64,000 nucleotides of DNA from the human T2T-CHM13v2.0 reference genome, Homo sapiens. The number at the start of each line of letters is the position of its first letter. The first letter of the stretch is position 1. The translations under genes and the position numbers were made by a program. The stretch lies in assembly GCF_009914755.1 (NCBI RefSeq), contig NC_060928.1; one strand, given 5' to 3'. Below the pieces are notes generated by a model. It searched no databases, was not told where the DNA came from, and worked only from the letters and a program-made list of their open reading frames with translations. Positions 27,201 to 42,050 of this stretch are shown one piece after another.

Positions 27201-30200
27201 TTGAGGATTTCGTTGGAAACGGGATATCTTCATATAAAATCTAGACAGAAGCATTCTCAGAAACTTCTTTGTGCTGTATGCCCTCAATTAACAGAGTTGA
27301 ACCATTGCTTGGATACAGCATTTTGGAAACATTCCTTGAGTAGAATCTGCAAGTTGATATTTAGATAGATTTGAAGATTTCATTGGAAAAGGGAATATCT
27401 CCATATAAAATCTAGAGGGAAGCATTCTCAGAAACTGCTTTGTGATGTTTCCATTCAAGTCACAGAGTTGAATATTCCCTTTTATAGAGCACGTTTGAAA
27501 CACTCTTTCTGCACTATCTGGAAGTGGACATTTCGAGCGCTTTGAGGCCTATGTTGAAAAAGGAAATATCTTCCCATAAAAACTAGACAGAAGCATTCTC
27601 AGAAACTTGTTTGTGATGTGTGTATTCAACTAACAGAGTTGAACTTTTGTTTTTACAGAGCCGTTTTAAAACACTCTTTTTGTGGAATCAGAAAGTGGAT
27701 ATTCGGATGGCTCTGAGGATTTCGTTGGAAGCGGGATTACATATAAAATCTAGAGAGAAGCATTCTCAGGAACTTCTTTGTGATGTTTGCATTGAAGTCA
27801 CAGAATTGAACATTCACTTTGATAGAGCAGGTTTGAAACACTCATTCTGTAGTATCTGGAAGTGGACATTTCAAGCGCTTTCAGGCCTATGGTGAGAAAG
27901 GAAATATCTTCGAATAAAAACTAGACAGAAGCATCCTCAGAAACTTATTTGTGATGTGTGTCCTCAACTAACAGAGTTGAAACTTTATTTTGATACAGCA
28001 TTTTGGAAACACTCTTTTTGTAGAATCTGCAGGTGGATATTTGGATAGCTTAGAGGGATTCGTTGGAAAGGGGATATCTTCATATAAAATCTAGACAGAA
28101 GCATTCTCAGAAACTTATTTGTGATGTGTGTCCTCAACTAACAGAGTTGAACCTTGGTTTTGATACAGCATTTTGGAAACGCTCCTTTTGTAGAATCTAC
28201 AGGTGGATATGTGGATAGCTCTGAAGATTTCGTTGGAAACGGGAATTTCTTCATATAAAATCAAACAGAAGCATTCTCAGAAACTTCTCAGTGATGTTTG
28301 CATTCAGCTCATGGAGTTGAACACTTCCTTTCATAGAACCGGTTTGAAACACTCTTTCTGCACTACCTGGAAGAGGACATTTCGAGCGCTTTGAGTCCTA
28401 TGGTGAAAAAGGAAATATCTTCTCATAAAAACCAGAAAGAAGCATTCTCAGAAACTTCTTTGTGTTGTGTGTACTCATGTAACAGTGTTGAACCATCCTT
28501 TTGACAGAGCAGTTTTGAAACACTCTTTTTGTAGAATCTGCAAGTGGATATTTGGATAGCTTTGAGGATTTCGTTGGAAACGGGATGACATATAATATCT
28601 AGAGAGAAGCATTCTCAGGAACTTCTTTGTGATGTTTGCATTCAAGTCACAGAATTGAACATTCCCTTTCATAGAGCAGGTTTGAAACACTCTTTCTCTA
28701 GTATCTGGAAGTGGGCATTTCAAGCGCTTTCAGGCCTATGGAGAGAAAGGAAATACCTTCAAATAAAAACTAGACAGAAGCATTCTCAGAAACTTATTTG
28801 TGATGTGTGTCCTCAACTAACAGAGTTGAACCTTTGTTTTGATACAGCATTTTGGAAACACTCCTTTTGTAGAATCTGCAGGTGGATATTTGGATAACTT
28901 TGAAGATTTCGTTGGAAACCGGAATATCTTCATATAAAATCAAGACAGAAGCATTCTCGGAAACATCTCTGTGATGTTTGCATTCAACTCAGTAGAGTTG
29001 AACACTTCCTTTCATAGAGCCGGTTTGAAACACTCTTTCTGCACTACCTGGAAGCGGACATTTCGAGCGCTTTGAGGCCTATGGTGAAAAAGGAAATATC
29101 TTCTCATAAAAACCAGAAAGAAGCATTCTCAGAAACTTCTTTGTGTTATGTGTACTCAAGTAACAGTGTTGAACCTTCCTTTTGACACAGCAGTTTTGAA
29201 ACACTCTTTTGGTAGAATCTGCAAGTGGATATTTGGATAGCTTTGAGGATTTCGTTGGAAACGGGTTATCTTCATATAAAATCCAGACAGGAGCATTCTC
29301 AGAAACTTCTTTGTGCTGCATGTCCTCAATTCACAGAGCTGAACCTTTGTTTGGATACAGCATTTTGGAAACATTCCTTTAGTAGAATCTGCAAGTTGAT
29401 ATTTAGATAGCTTTGAAGATTTCGTTGGAAACGGGAATATCTTCATAGAAAATCTAGACGGAAGCATTCTCAGAAACTGCTTTGTGATGTTTGCATTCAA
29501 GTCACAGAGTTGAATATTCCCTTTTATAGAGTAGGTTTGAAACACTCTTTCGGCACTACCTGGAAGTGGATATTTCGAGCTCTTTGAGGCCTATGGTTAA
29601 AAGGAAATATCTTCCCATAAAAACTAGACAGAAGCCGTCTCAGAAACTTGTTTGTGATGTGTGTATACAACTACCAGAGTTGAACATTTCTGTTACAGAG
29701 CAATTTTAAAACACTCTTTTTGTGGAATCTGAAAGTGGATAATTGGATAGCTTTGTGGATTTCGTTGGAAACGGGATGACGTATAAAATCTAGAGAGAAG
29801 CATTCTCAGGAACTTCTTTGTGATGTTTGCATTCAAGTCACAGAATTGAACATTCCTTTTCATAGTGCAGGTTTGAAACACTCTTTCTGTAGTATCTGGA
29901 AGTGGACATTTCAAGCGCTTTCAGGCCTACGGGGAGAAAGGAAATATCTTCAAATAAAAACTAGACAGAAGGATTCTCAGAAACTTATTTGTGATGTGTG
30001 TCCTCAACTAACAGAGTTGAACCTTTGTTTTGATACAGCATTTTGGAAACACTCCTTTTGTAGGATCTGCAGGTGGATATTTGGATAGATTTTAAGATTT
30101 CGTTGGAAACGGGAGTTTCTTCATAGAAACTCAAGACAGATGCATTCTCAGAAACATCTCTGTGATGTTTGCATTCCACTCATAGATTTGAAAACTTCCT

Positions 30201-33200
30201 TTCATAGAGCAGGTTTGAAACACTCTTTTTGTAATATTTGGAAGTGGACATTTGCAGCGCTTTGAGGCCTATGGTGAAAAAGGAAATATCTTCTCATAAA
30301 AACCAGAAACAAGCATTCTCAGAAACTTCTTTTTGATGTGTGTACTCAAGTAACAGAGTTGAACATTCCTTTTGACACAGCAGTTTTGAAACAATCTTTT
30401 TGTAGAATCTGCAAGTGGATATTTGGATAGCTTTGAGGATTTCGTTGGAAACGGGATATCTTCATATAAAATCTAGAGAGAAGCTTTCTCAGAAACTTCT
30501 TTGTGCTGTATGTCCTCAATTAACAGATTTGAACCATTGCTTGGATACAGCATTTTGGAAACATTCCTTGAGTAGAATCTGCAAGTTGATATTTAGATAG
30601 ATTTGAAGATTTCGTTGGAAAAGGGAATATCTCCATATAAAATCTAGAGGGAAGCATTCTCAGAAACTGCTTTGTGATGTTTCCATTCAAGTCACAGAGT
30701 TGAATATTCCCTTTTATAGAGCACGTTTGAAACACTCTTTCTGCACTATCTGGAAGTGGACATTTCGAGCGCTTTGAGGCCTATGGTGAAAAAGGAAATA
30801 TCTTCCCATAAAAACTAGACAGAAGCATTCTCAGAAACTTGTTTGTGATGTGTGTATTCAACTAACAGAGTTGAACTTTTGTTTTTACAGAGCCGTTTTA
30901 AAACACTCTTTTTGTGGAATCAGAAAGTGGATATTCGGATGGCTCTGAGGATTTCGTTGGAAGCGGGATTACATATAAAATCTAGAGAGAAGCATTCTCA
31001 GGAACTTCTTTGTGATGTTTGCATTGAAGTCACAGAATTGAACATTCACTTTGATAGAGCAGGTTTGAAACACTCATTCTGTAGTATCTGGAAGTGGACA
31101 TTTCAAGCGCTTTCAGGCCTATGGTGAGAAAGGAAATATCTTCGAATAAAAACTAGACAGAAGCATCCTCAGAAACTTATTTGTGATGTGTGTCCTCAAC
31201 TAACAGAGTTGAAACTTTGTTTTGATACAGCATTTTGGAAACACTCTTTTTGTAGAATCTGCAGGTGGATATTTGGATAGCTTAGAGGGATTCGTTGGAA
31301 AGGGGATATCTTCATATAAAATCTAGACAGAAGCATTCTCAGAAACTTATTTGTGATGTGTGTCCTCAACTAACATAGTTGAACCTTGGTTTTGATACAG
31401 CATTTTGGAAACACTCCTTTTGTAGAATCTGCAGGTGGATATGTGGATAGCTCTGAAGATTTCGTTGGAAACGGGAATTTCTTCATATAAAATCAAACAG
31501 AAGCATTCTCAGAAACTTCTCAGTGATGTTTGCATTCAGCTCATGGAGTTGAACACTTCCTTTCATAGAGCCGGTTTGAAACACTCTTTCTGCACTACCT
31601 GGAAGAGGCCATTTCGAGCGCTTTGAGTCCTATGGTGAAAAAGGAAATATCTTCTCATAAAAACCAGAAAGAAGCATTCTCAGAAACTTCTTTGTGTTGT
31701 GTGTACTCATGTAACAGTGTTGAACCATCCTTTTGACAGAGCAGTTTTGAAACACTCTTTTTGTAGAATCTGCAAGTGGATATTTGGATAGCTTTGAGGA
31801 TTTCGTTGGAAACGGGATGACATATAATATCTAGAGAGAAGCATACTCAGGAACTTCTTTGTGATGTTTGCATTCAAGTCACAGAATTGAACATTCCCTT
31901 TCATAGAGCAGGTTTGAAACACTCTTTCTCTAGTATCTGGAAGTGGGCATTTCAAGCGCTTTCAGGCCTATGGAGAGAAAGGAAATACCTTCAAATAAAA
32001 ACTAGACAGAAGCATTCTCAGAAACTTATTTGTGATGTGTGTTCTCAACTAACAGAGTTGAACCTTTGTTTTGATACAGCATTTTGGAAACACTCCTTTT
32101 GTAGAATCTGCAGGTGGATATTTGGATAACTTTGAAGATTTCGTTGGAAACCGGAATATCTTCATATAAAATCAAGACAGAAGCATTGTCGGAAACATCT
32201 CTGTGATGTTTGCATTCAACTCAGTAGAGTTGAACACTTCCTTTCATAGAGCAGGTTTGAAACACTCTTTCTGCACTACCTGGAAGCGGACATTTCGAGC
32301 GCTTTGAGGCCTATGGTGAAAAAGGAAATATCTTCTCATAAAAACCAGAAAGAAGCATTCTCAGAAACTTCTTTGTGTTGTGTGTACTCAAGTAACAGTG
32401 TTGAACCTTCCTTTTGACACAGCAGTTTTGAAACACTCTTTTGGTAGAATCTGCAAGTGGATATTTGGATAGCTTTGAGGATTTCGTTGGAAACGGGTTA
32501 TCTTCATATAAAATCCAGACAGGAGCATTCTCAGAAACTTCTTTGTGCTGCATGTCCTCAATTCACAGAGCTGAACCTTTGTTTGGATACAGCATTTTGG
32601 AAACATTCCTTTAGTAGAATCTGCAAGTTGATATTTAGATAGCTTTGAAGATTTCGTTGGAAACGGGAATATCTTCATAGAAAATCTAGACGGAAGCATT
32701 CTCAGAAACTGCTTTGTGATGTTTGCATTCAAGTCACAGAGTTGAATATTCCCTTTTATAGAGTAGGTTTGAAACACTCTTTCGGCACTACCTGGAAGTG
32801 GATATTTCGAGCTCTTTGAGGCCTATGGTTGAAAGGAAATATCTTCCCATAAAAACTAGACAGAAGCCGTCTCAGAAACTTGTTTGTGATGTGTGTATAC
32901 AACTACCAGAGTTGAACATTTCTGTTACAGAGCAATTTTAAAACACTCTTTTTGTGGAATCTGAAAGTGGATAATTGGATAGCTTTGTGGATTTCGTTGG
33001 AAACGGGATGACGTATAAAATCTAGAGAGAAGCATTCTCAGGAACTTCTTTCTGATGTTTGCATTCAAGTCACAGAATTGAACATTCCTTTTCATAGTGC
33101 AGGTTTGAAGCACTCTTTCTGTAGTATCTGGAAGTGGACATTTCAAGCGCTTTCAGGCCTACGGGGAGAAAGGAAATATCTTCAAATAAAAACTAGACAG

Positions 33201-36200
33201 AAGGATTCTCAGAAACTTATTTGTGATGTGTGTCCTCAACTAACAGAGTTGAACTTTGTTTTGATACAGCATTTTGGAAACACTCCTTTTGTAGGATCTG
33301 CAGGTGGATATTTGGATAGATTTTAAGATTTCGTTGGAAACGGGAGTTTCTTCATAGAAACTCAAGACAGATGCATTCTCAGAAACATCTCTGTGATGTT
33401 TGCATTCCACTCATAGATTTGAAAACTTCCTTTCATAGAGCAGGTTTGAAACACTCTTTTTGTAATATTTGGAAGTGGACATTTGCAGCGCTTTGAGGCC
33501 TATGGTGAAAAAGGAAATATCTTCTGATAAAAACCAGAAACAAGCATTCTCAGAAACTTCTTTTTGATGTGTGTACTCAAGTAACAGAGTTGAACCTTCC
33601 TTTTGACACAGCAGTTTTGAAACAATCTTTTTGTAGAATCTGCAAGTGGATATTTGGATAGCTTTGAGGATTTCGTTGGAAACGGGATATCTTCATATAA
33701 AATCTAGACAGAAGCTTTCTCAGAAACTTCTTTGTGCTGTATGTCCTCAATTAACAGATTTGAACCATTGCTTGGATACAGCATTTTGGAAACATTCCTT
33801 GAGTAGAATCTGCAAGTTGATATTTAGATAGATTTGAAGATTTCGTTGGAAAAGGGAATATCTCCATAGAAAATCTAGAGGGAAGCATTCTCAGAAACTG
33901 CTTTGTGATGTTTCCATTCAAGTCACAGAGTTGAATATTCCCTTTTATAGAGCAGGTTTGAAACACTCTTTCTGCACTATCTGGAAGTGGACATTTCGAG
34001 CGCTTTGAGGCCTATGGTGAAAAAGGAAATATCTTCCCATAAAAACTAGACAGAAGCATTCTCAGAAACTTGTTTGTGATGTGTGTATTCAACTAACAGA
34101 GTTGAACTTTTGTTTTTACAGAGCCGTTTTAAAACACTCTTTTTGTGGAATCAGAAAGTGGATATTCGGATGGCTCTGAGGATTTCGTTGGAAGCGGGAT
34201 TACATATAAAATCTAGAGAGAAGCATTCTCAGGAACTTCTTTGTGATGTTTGCATTGAAGTCACAGAATTGAACATTCACTTTGATAGAGCAGGTTTGAA
34301 ACACTCATTCTGTAGTATCTGGAAGTGGACATTTCAAGCGCTTTCAGGCCTATGGTGAGAAAGGAAATATCTTCGAATAAAAACTAGACAGAAGCATCCT
34401 CAGAAACTTATTTGTGATGTGTGTCCTCAACTAACAGAGTTGAAACTTTGTTTTGATACAGCATTTTGGAAACACTCTTTTTGTAGAATCTGCAGGTGGA
34501 TATTTGGATAGCTTAGAGGGATTCGTTGGAAAGGGGATATCTTCATATAAAATCTAGACAGAAGCATTCTCAGAAACTTATTTGTGATGTGTGTCCTCAA
34601 CTAACAGAGTTGAACCTTGGTTTTGATACAGCATTTTGGAAACACTCCTTTTGTAGAATCTGCAGGTGGATATGTGGATAGCTCTGAAGATTTCGTTGGA
34701 AACGGGAATTTCTTCATATAAAATCAAACAGAAGCATTCTCAGAAACTTCTCAGTGATGTTTGCATTCAGCTCATGGAGTTGAACACTTCCTTTCATAGA
34801 GCCGGTTTGAAACACTCTTTCTGCACTACCTGGAAGAGGCCATTTCGAGCGCTTTGAGTCCTATGGTGAAAAAGGAAATATCTTCTCATAAAAACCAGAA
34901 AGAAGCATTCTCAGAAACTTCTTTGTGTTGTGTGTACTCATGTAACAGTGTTGAACCATCCTTTTGACAGAGCAGTTTTGAAACACTCTTTTTGTAGAAT
35001 CTGCAAGTGGATATTTGGATAGCTTTGAGGATTTCGTTGGAAACGGGATGACATATAATATCTAGAGAGAAGCATACTCAGGAACTTCTTTGTGATGTTT
35101 GCATTCAAGTCACAGAATTGAACATTCCCTTTCATAGAGCAGGTTTGAAACACTCTTTCTCTAGTATCTGGAAGTGGGCATTTCAAGCGCTTTCAGGCCT
35201 ATGGAGAGAAAGGAAATACCTTCAAATAAAAACTAGACAGAAGCATTCTCAGAAACTTATTTGTGATGTGTGTTCTCAACTAACAGAGTTGAACCTTTGT
35301 TTTGATACAGCATTTTGGAAACACTCCTTTTGTAGAATCTGCAGGTGGATATTTGGATAACTTTGAAGATTTCGTTGGAAACCGGAATATCTTCATATAA
35401 AATCAAGACAGAAGCATTGTCGGAAACATCTCTGTGATGTTTGCATTCAACTCAGTAGAGTTGAACACTTCCTTTCATAGAGCAGGTTTGAAACACTCTT
35501 TCTGCACTACCTGGAAGCGGACATTTCGAGCGCTTAGAGGCCTATGGTGAAAAAGGAAATATCTTCTCATGAAAACCAGAAAGAAGCATTCTCAGAAACT
35601 TCTTTGTGTTGTGTGTACTCAAGTAACAGTGTTGAACCTTCCTTTTGACACAGCAGTTTTGAAACACTCTTTTGGTAGAATCTGCAAGTGGATATTTGGA
35701 TAGATTTGAGGATTTCGTTGGAAACGGGTTATCTTCATATAAAATCCAGACAGGAGCATTCTCAGAAACTTCTTTGTGCTGCATGTCCTCAATTCACAGA
35801 GCTGAACCTTTGTTTGGATACAGCATTTTGGAAACATTCCTTTAGTAGAATCTGCAAGTTGATATTTAGATAGCTTTGAAGATTTCGTTGGAAACGGGAA
35901 TATCTTCATAGAAAATCTAGACGGAAGCATTCTCAGAAACTGCTTTGTGATGTTTGCATTCAAGTCACAGAGTTGAATATTCCCTTTTATAGAGTAGGTT
36001 TGAAACACTCTTTCGGCACTACCTGGAAGTGGATATTTCAAGCTCTTTGAGGCCTATGGTTAAAAGGAAATATCTTCCCATAAAAACTAGACAGAAGCCG
36101 TCTCAGAAACTTGTTTGTGATGTGTGTATTCAACTACCAGAGTTGAACATTTCTGTTACAGAGCAATTTTAAAACACTCTTTTTGTGGAATCTGAAAGTG

Positions 36201-39200
36201 GATAATTGGATAGCTTTGTGGATTTCGTTGGAAACGGGATGACGTATAAAATCTAGAGAGAAGCATTCTCAGGAACTTCTTTCTGATGTTTGCATTCAAG
36301 TCACAGAATTGAACATTCCTTTTCATAGTGCAGGTTTGAAACACTCTTTCTGTAGTATCTGGAATTGGACATTTCAAGCGCTTTCAGGCCTACGGGGAGA
36401 AAGGAAATATCTTCAAATAAAAACTAGACAGAAGGATTCTCAGAAACTTATTTGTGATGTGTGTCCTAAACGAACACAGTTGAACCTTTGTTTTGATACA
36501 GCATTTTGGAAACACTCCTTTTGTAGGATCTGCAGGTGGATATTTGGATAGATTTTAAGATTTCGTTGGAAACGGGAGTTTCTTCATAGAAACTCAAGAC
36601 AGATGCATTCTCAGAAACATCTCTGTGATGTTTGCATTCCACTCATAGAGTTGAAAACTTCCTTTCATAGAGCAGGTTTGAAACACTCTTTTTGTAATAT
36701 TTGGAAGTGGGCATTTGCAGCGTTTTGAGGCCTATGGTGAAAAAGGAAATATCTTCTCATAAAAACCAGAAACAAGCATTCTCAGAAACTTCTTTTTGAT
36801 GTGTGTACTCAAGTAACAGAGTTGAACCTTCCTTTTGACACAGCAGTTTTGAAACAATCTTTTTGTAGAATCTGCAAGTGGATATTTGGATAGCTTTGAG
36901 GATTTCGTTGGAAACGGGCTATCTTCATATAAAATCTAGACAGAAGCATTCTCAGAAACTTCTTTGTGCTGTATGTCCTCAATTAACAGAGTTGAACCAT
37001 TGCTTGGATACAGCATTTTGGAAACATTCCTTGAGTAGAATCTGCAAGTTGATATTTAGATAGATTTGAAGATTTCGTTGGAAAAGGGAATATCTCCATA
37101 TAAAATCTAGAGGGAAGCATTCTCAGAAACTGCTTTGTGATGTTTCCATTCAAGTCACAGAGTTGAATATTCCCTTTTATAGAGCACGTTTGAAACACTC
37201 TTTCTGCACTATCTGGAAGTGGACATTTCGAGCGCTTTGAGGCCTATGGTGAAAAAGGAAATATCTTCCCATAAAAACTAGACAGAAGCATTCTCAGAAA
37301 CTTGTTTGTGATGTGTGTATTCAACTAACAGAGTTGAACTTTTGTTTTTACAGAGCCGTTTTAAAACACTCTTTTTGTGGAATCCGAAAGTGGATATTCG
37401 GATGGCTCTGAGGATTTCGTTGGAAGCGGGATTACATATAAAATCTAGAGAGAAGCATTCTCAGGAACTTCTTTGTGATGTTTGCATTGAAGTCACAGAA
37501 TTGAACATTCACTTTGATAGAGCAGGTTTGAAACACTCATTCTGTAGTATCTGGAAGTGGACATTTCAAGCGCTTTCAGGCCTATGGTGAGAAAGGAAAT
37601 ATCTTCGAATAAAAACTAGACGGAAGCATCCTCAGAAACTTATTTGGGATGTGTGTCCTCAACTAACAGAGTTGAAACTTTGTTTTGATACAGCATTTTG
37701 GAAACACTCTTTTTGTAGAATCTGCAGGTGGATATTTGGATAGCTTAGAGGGATTCGTTGGAACGGGGATATCTTCATATAAAATCTAGACAGAAGCATT
37801 CTCAGAAACTTATTTGTGATGTGTGTCCTCAACTAACAGAGTTGAACCTTGGTTTTGATACAGCATTTTGGAAACACTCCTTTTGTAGAATCTGCAGGTG
37901 GATATGTGGATAGCTCTGAAGATTTCGTTGGAAACGGGAATTTCTTCATATAAAATCAAACAGAAGCATTCTCAGAAACTTCTCAGTGATGTTTGCATTC
38001 AGCTCATGGAGTTGAACACTTCCTTTCATAGAGCCGGTTTGAAACACTCTTTCTGCACTACCTGGAAGAGGACATTTCGAGCGCTTTGAGTCCTATGGTG
38101 AAAAAGGAAATATCTTCTCATAAAAACCAGAAAGAAGCATTCTCAGAAACTTCTTTGTGTTGTGTGTACTCATGTAACAGTGTTGAACCATCCTTTTGAC
38201 AGAGCAGTTTTGAAACACTCTTTTTGTAGAATCTGCAAGTGGATATTTGGATAGCTTTGAGGATTTCGTTGGAAACGGGATGACATATAATATCTAGAGA
38301 GAAGCATACTCAGGAACTTCTTTGTGATGTTTGCATTCAAGTCACAGAATTGAACATTCCCTTTCATAGAGCAGGTTTGAAACACTCTTTCTCTAGTATC
38401 TGGAAGTGGGCATTTCAAGCGCTTTCAGGCCTATGGAGAGAAAGGAAATACCTTCAAATAAAAACTAGACAGAAGCATTCTCAGAAACTTATTTGTGATG
38501 TGTGTTCTCAACTAACAGAGTTGAACCTTTGTTTTGATACAGCATTTTGGAAACACTCCTTTTGTAGAATCTGCAGGTGGATATTTGGATAACTTTGAAG
38601 ATTTCGTTGGAAACCGGAATATCTTCATATAAAATCAAGACAGAAGCATTCTCGGAAACATCTCTGTGATGTTTGCATTCAACTCAGTAGAGTTGAACAC
38701 TTCCTTTCATAGAGCAGGTTTGAAACACTCTTTCTGCACTACCTGGAAGCGGACATTTCGAGCGCTTAGAGGCCTATGGTGAAAAAGGAAATATCTTCTC
38801 ATGAAAACCAGAAAGAAGCATTCTCAGAAACTTCTTTGTGTTGTGTGTACTCAAGTAACAGTGTTGAACCTTCCTTTTGACACAGCAGTTTTGAAACACT
38901 CTTTTGGTAGAATCTGCAAGTGGATATTTGGATAGATTTGAGGATTTCGTTGGAAACGGGTTATCTTCATATAAAATCCAGACAGGAGCATTCTCAGAAA
39001 CTTCTTTGTGCTGCATGTCCTCAATTCACAGAGCTGAACCTTTGTTTGGATACAGCATTTTGGAAACATTCCTTTAGTAGAATCTGCAAGTTGATATTTA
39101 GATAGCTTTGAAGATTTCGTTGGAAACGGGAATATCTTCATAGAAAATCTAGACGGAAGCATTCTCAGAAACTGCTTTGTGATGTTTGCATTCAAGTCAC

Positions 39201-42050
39201 AGAGTTGAATATTCCCTTTTATAGAGTAGGTTTGAAACACTCTTTCGGCACTACCTGGAAGTGGATATTTCAAGCTCTTTGAGGCCTATGGTTAAAAGGA
39301 AATATCTTCCCATAAAAACTAGACAGAAGCCGTCTCAGAAACTTGTTTGTGATGTGTGTATTCAACTACCAGAGTTGAACATTTCTGTTACAGAGCAATT
39401 TTAAAACACTCTTTTTGTGGAATCTGAAAGTGGATAATTGGATAGCTTTGTGGATTTCGTTGGAAACGGGATGACGTATAAAATCTAGAGAGAAGCATTC
39501 TCAGGAACTTCTTTCTGATGTTTGCATTCAAGTCACAGAATTGAACATTCCTTTTCATAGTGCAGGTTTGAAACACTCTTTCTGTAGTATCTGGAATTGG
39601 ACATTTCAAGCGCTTTCAGGCTTACGGGGAGAAAGGAAATATCTTCAAATAAAAACTAGACAGAAGGATTCTCAGAAACTTATTTGTGATGTGTGTCCTA
39701 AACGAACACAGTTGAACCTTTGTTTTGATACAGCATTTTGAAAACACTCCTTTTGTAGGATCTGCAGGTGGATATTTGGATAGATTTTAAGATTTCGTTG
39801 GAAACGGGAGTTTCTTCATAGAAACTCAAGACAGATGCATTCTCAGAAACATCTCTGTGATGTTTGCATTCCACTCATAGAGTTGAAAACTTCCTTTCAT
39901 AGAGCAGGTTTGAAACACTCTTTTTGTAATATTTGGAAGTGGACATTTGCAGCGTTTTGAGGCCTATGGTGAAAAAGGAAATATCTTCTCATAAAAACCA
40001 GAAACAAGCATTCTCAGAAACTTCTTTTTGATGTGTGTACTCAAGTAACAGAGTTGAACCTTCCTTTTGACACAGCAGTTTTGAAACAATCTTTTTGTAG
40101 AATCTGCAAGTGGATATTTGGATAGCTTTGAGGATTTCGTTGGAAACGGGCTATCTTCATATAAAATCTAGACAGAAGCATTCTCAGAAACTTCTTTGTG
40201 CTGTATGTCCTCAATTAACAGAGTTGAACCATTGCTTGGATACAGCATTTTGGAAACATTCCTTGAGTAGAATCTGCAAGTTGATATTTAGATAGATTTG
40301 AAGATTTCGTTGGAAAAGGGAATATCTCCATATAAAATCTAGAGGGAAGCATTCTCAGAAACTGCTTTGTGATGTTTCCATTCAAGTCACAGAGTTGAAT
40401 ATTCCCTTTTATAGAGCACGTTTGAAACACTCTTTCTGCACTATCTGGAAGTGGACATTTCGAGCGCTTTGAGGCCTATGGTGAAAAAGGAAATATCTTC
40501 CCATAAAAACTAGACAGAAGCATTCTCAGAAACTTGTTTGTGATGTGTGTATTCAACTAACAGAGTTGAACTTTTGTTTTTACAGAGCCGTTTTAAAACA
40601 CTCTTTTTGTGGAATCAGAAAGTGGATATTCGGATGGCTCTGAGGATTTCGTTGGAAGCGGGATTACATATAAAATCTAGAGAGAAGCATTCTCAGGAAC
40701 TTCTTTGTGATGTTTGCATTGAAGTCACAGAATTGAACATTCACTTTGATAGAGCAGGTTTGAAACACTCATTCTGTAGTATCTGGAAGTGGACATTTCA
40801 AGCGCTTTCAGGCCTATGGTGAGAAAGGAAATATCTTCGAATAAAAACTAGACGGAAGCATCCTCAGAAACTTATTTGTGATGTGTGTCCTCAACTAACA
40901 GAGTTGAAACTTTGTTTTGATACAGCATTTTGGAAACACTCTTTTTGTAGAATCTGCAGGTGGATATTTGGATAGCTTAGAGGGATTCGTTGGAACGGGG
41001 ATATCTTCATATAAAATCTAGACAGAAGCATTCTCAGAAACTTATTTGTGATGTGTGTCCTCAACTAACAGAGTTGAACCTTGGTTTTGATACAGCATTT
41101 TGGAAACACTCCTTTTGTAGAATCTGCAGGTGGATATGTGGATAGCTCTGAAGATTTCGTTGGAAACGGGAATTTCTTCATATAAAATCAAACAGAAGCA
41201 TTCTCAGAAACTTCTCAGTGATGTTTGCATTCAGCTCATGGAGTTGAACACTTCCTTTCATAGAGCCGGTTTGAAACACTCTTTCTGCACTACCTGGAAG
41301 AGGACATTTCGAGCGCTTTGAGTCCTATGGTGAAAAAGGAAATATCTTCTCATAAAAACCAGAAAGAAGCATTCTCAGAAACTTCTTTGTGTTGTGTGTA
41401 CTCATGTAACAGTGTTGAACCATCCTTTTGACAGAGCAGTTTTGAAACACTCTTTTTGTAGAATCTGCAAGTGGATATTTGGATAGCTTTGAGGATTTCG
41501 TTGGAAACGGGATGACATATAATATCTAGAGAGAAGCATTCTCAGGAACTTCTTTGTGATGTTTGCATTCAAGTCACAGAATTGAACATTCCCTTTCATA
41601 GAGCAGGTTTGAAACACTCTTTCTCTAGTATCTGGAAGTGGGCATTTCAAGCGCTTTCAGGCCTATGGAGAGAAAGGAAATACCTTCAAATAAAAACTAG
41701 ACAGAAGCATTCTCAGAAACTTATTTGTGATGTGTGTCCTCAACTAACAGAGTTGAACCTTTGTTTTGATACAGCATTTTGGAAACACTCCTTTTGTAGA
41801 ATCTGCAGGTGGATATTTGGATAACTTTGAAGATTTCGTTGGAAACCGGAATATCTTCATATAAAATCAAGACAGAAGCATTCTCGGAAACATCTCTGTG
41901 ATGTTTCCATTCAACTCAGTAGAGTTGAACACTTCCTTTCATAGAGCAGGTTTGAAACACTCTTTCTGCACTACCTGGAAGCGGACATTTCGAGCGCTTT
42001 GAGGCCTATGGTGAAAAAGGAAATATCTTCTCATAAAAACCAGAAAGAAG
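3269..42050 (+). repeat. Twelve further canonical 19-mer units (HOR2-13), starting at 3269, 6501, 9733, 12965, 16196, 19428, 22660, 25892, 29124, 32356, 35587, 38819
   Basis: Spacing is 3,232 bp except HOR5 and HOR11, which are 3,231 bp because of a 1-bp deletion in monomer F (GTTGAACTTTG for GTTGAACCTTTG at ~13863 and ~33254). The deletion also shows as frameshifted ORFs 13687..13935 and 33078..33326. Confidence 0.95.

Noticed and set aside
3269-42050. Perfect head-to-tail 2 x 19,391-bp tandem including HOR2 = HOR8
   Set aside because: HOR2 and HOR8 differ at several diagnostic sites (F micro-tract, GGACATT/GGCCATT, GTTTGGAAAC/GTTTTGAAAC, GAACATTTG/GAACCTTTG). HOR7 and HOR13 also diverge from monomer P onward, so only ~15.8 kb is shared.
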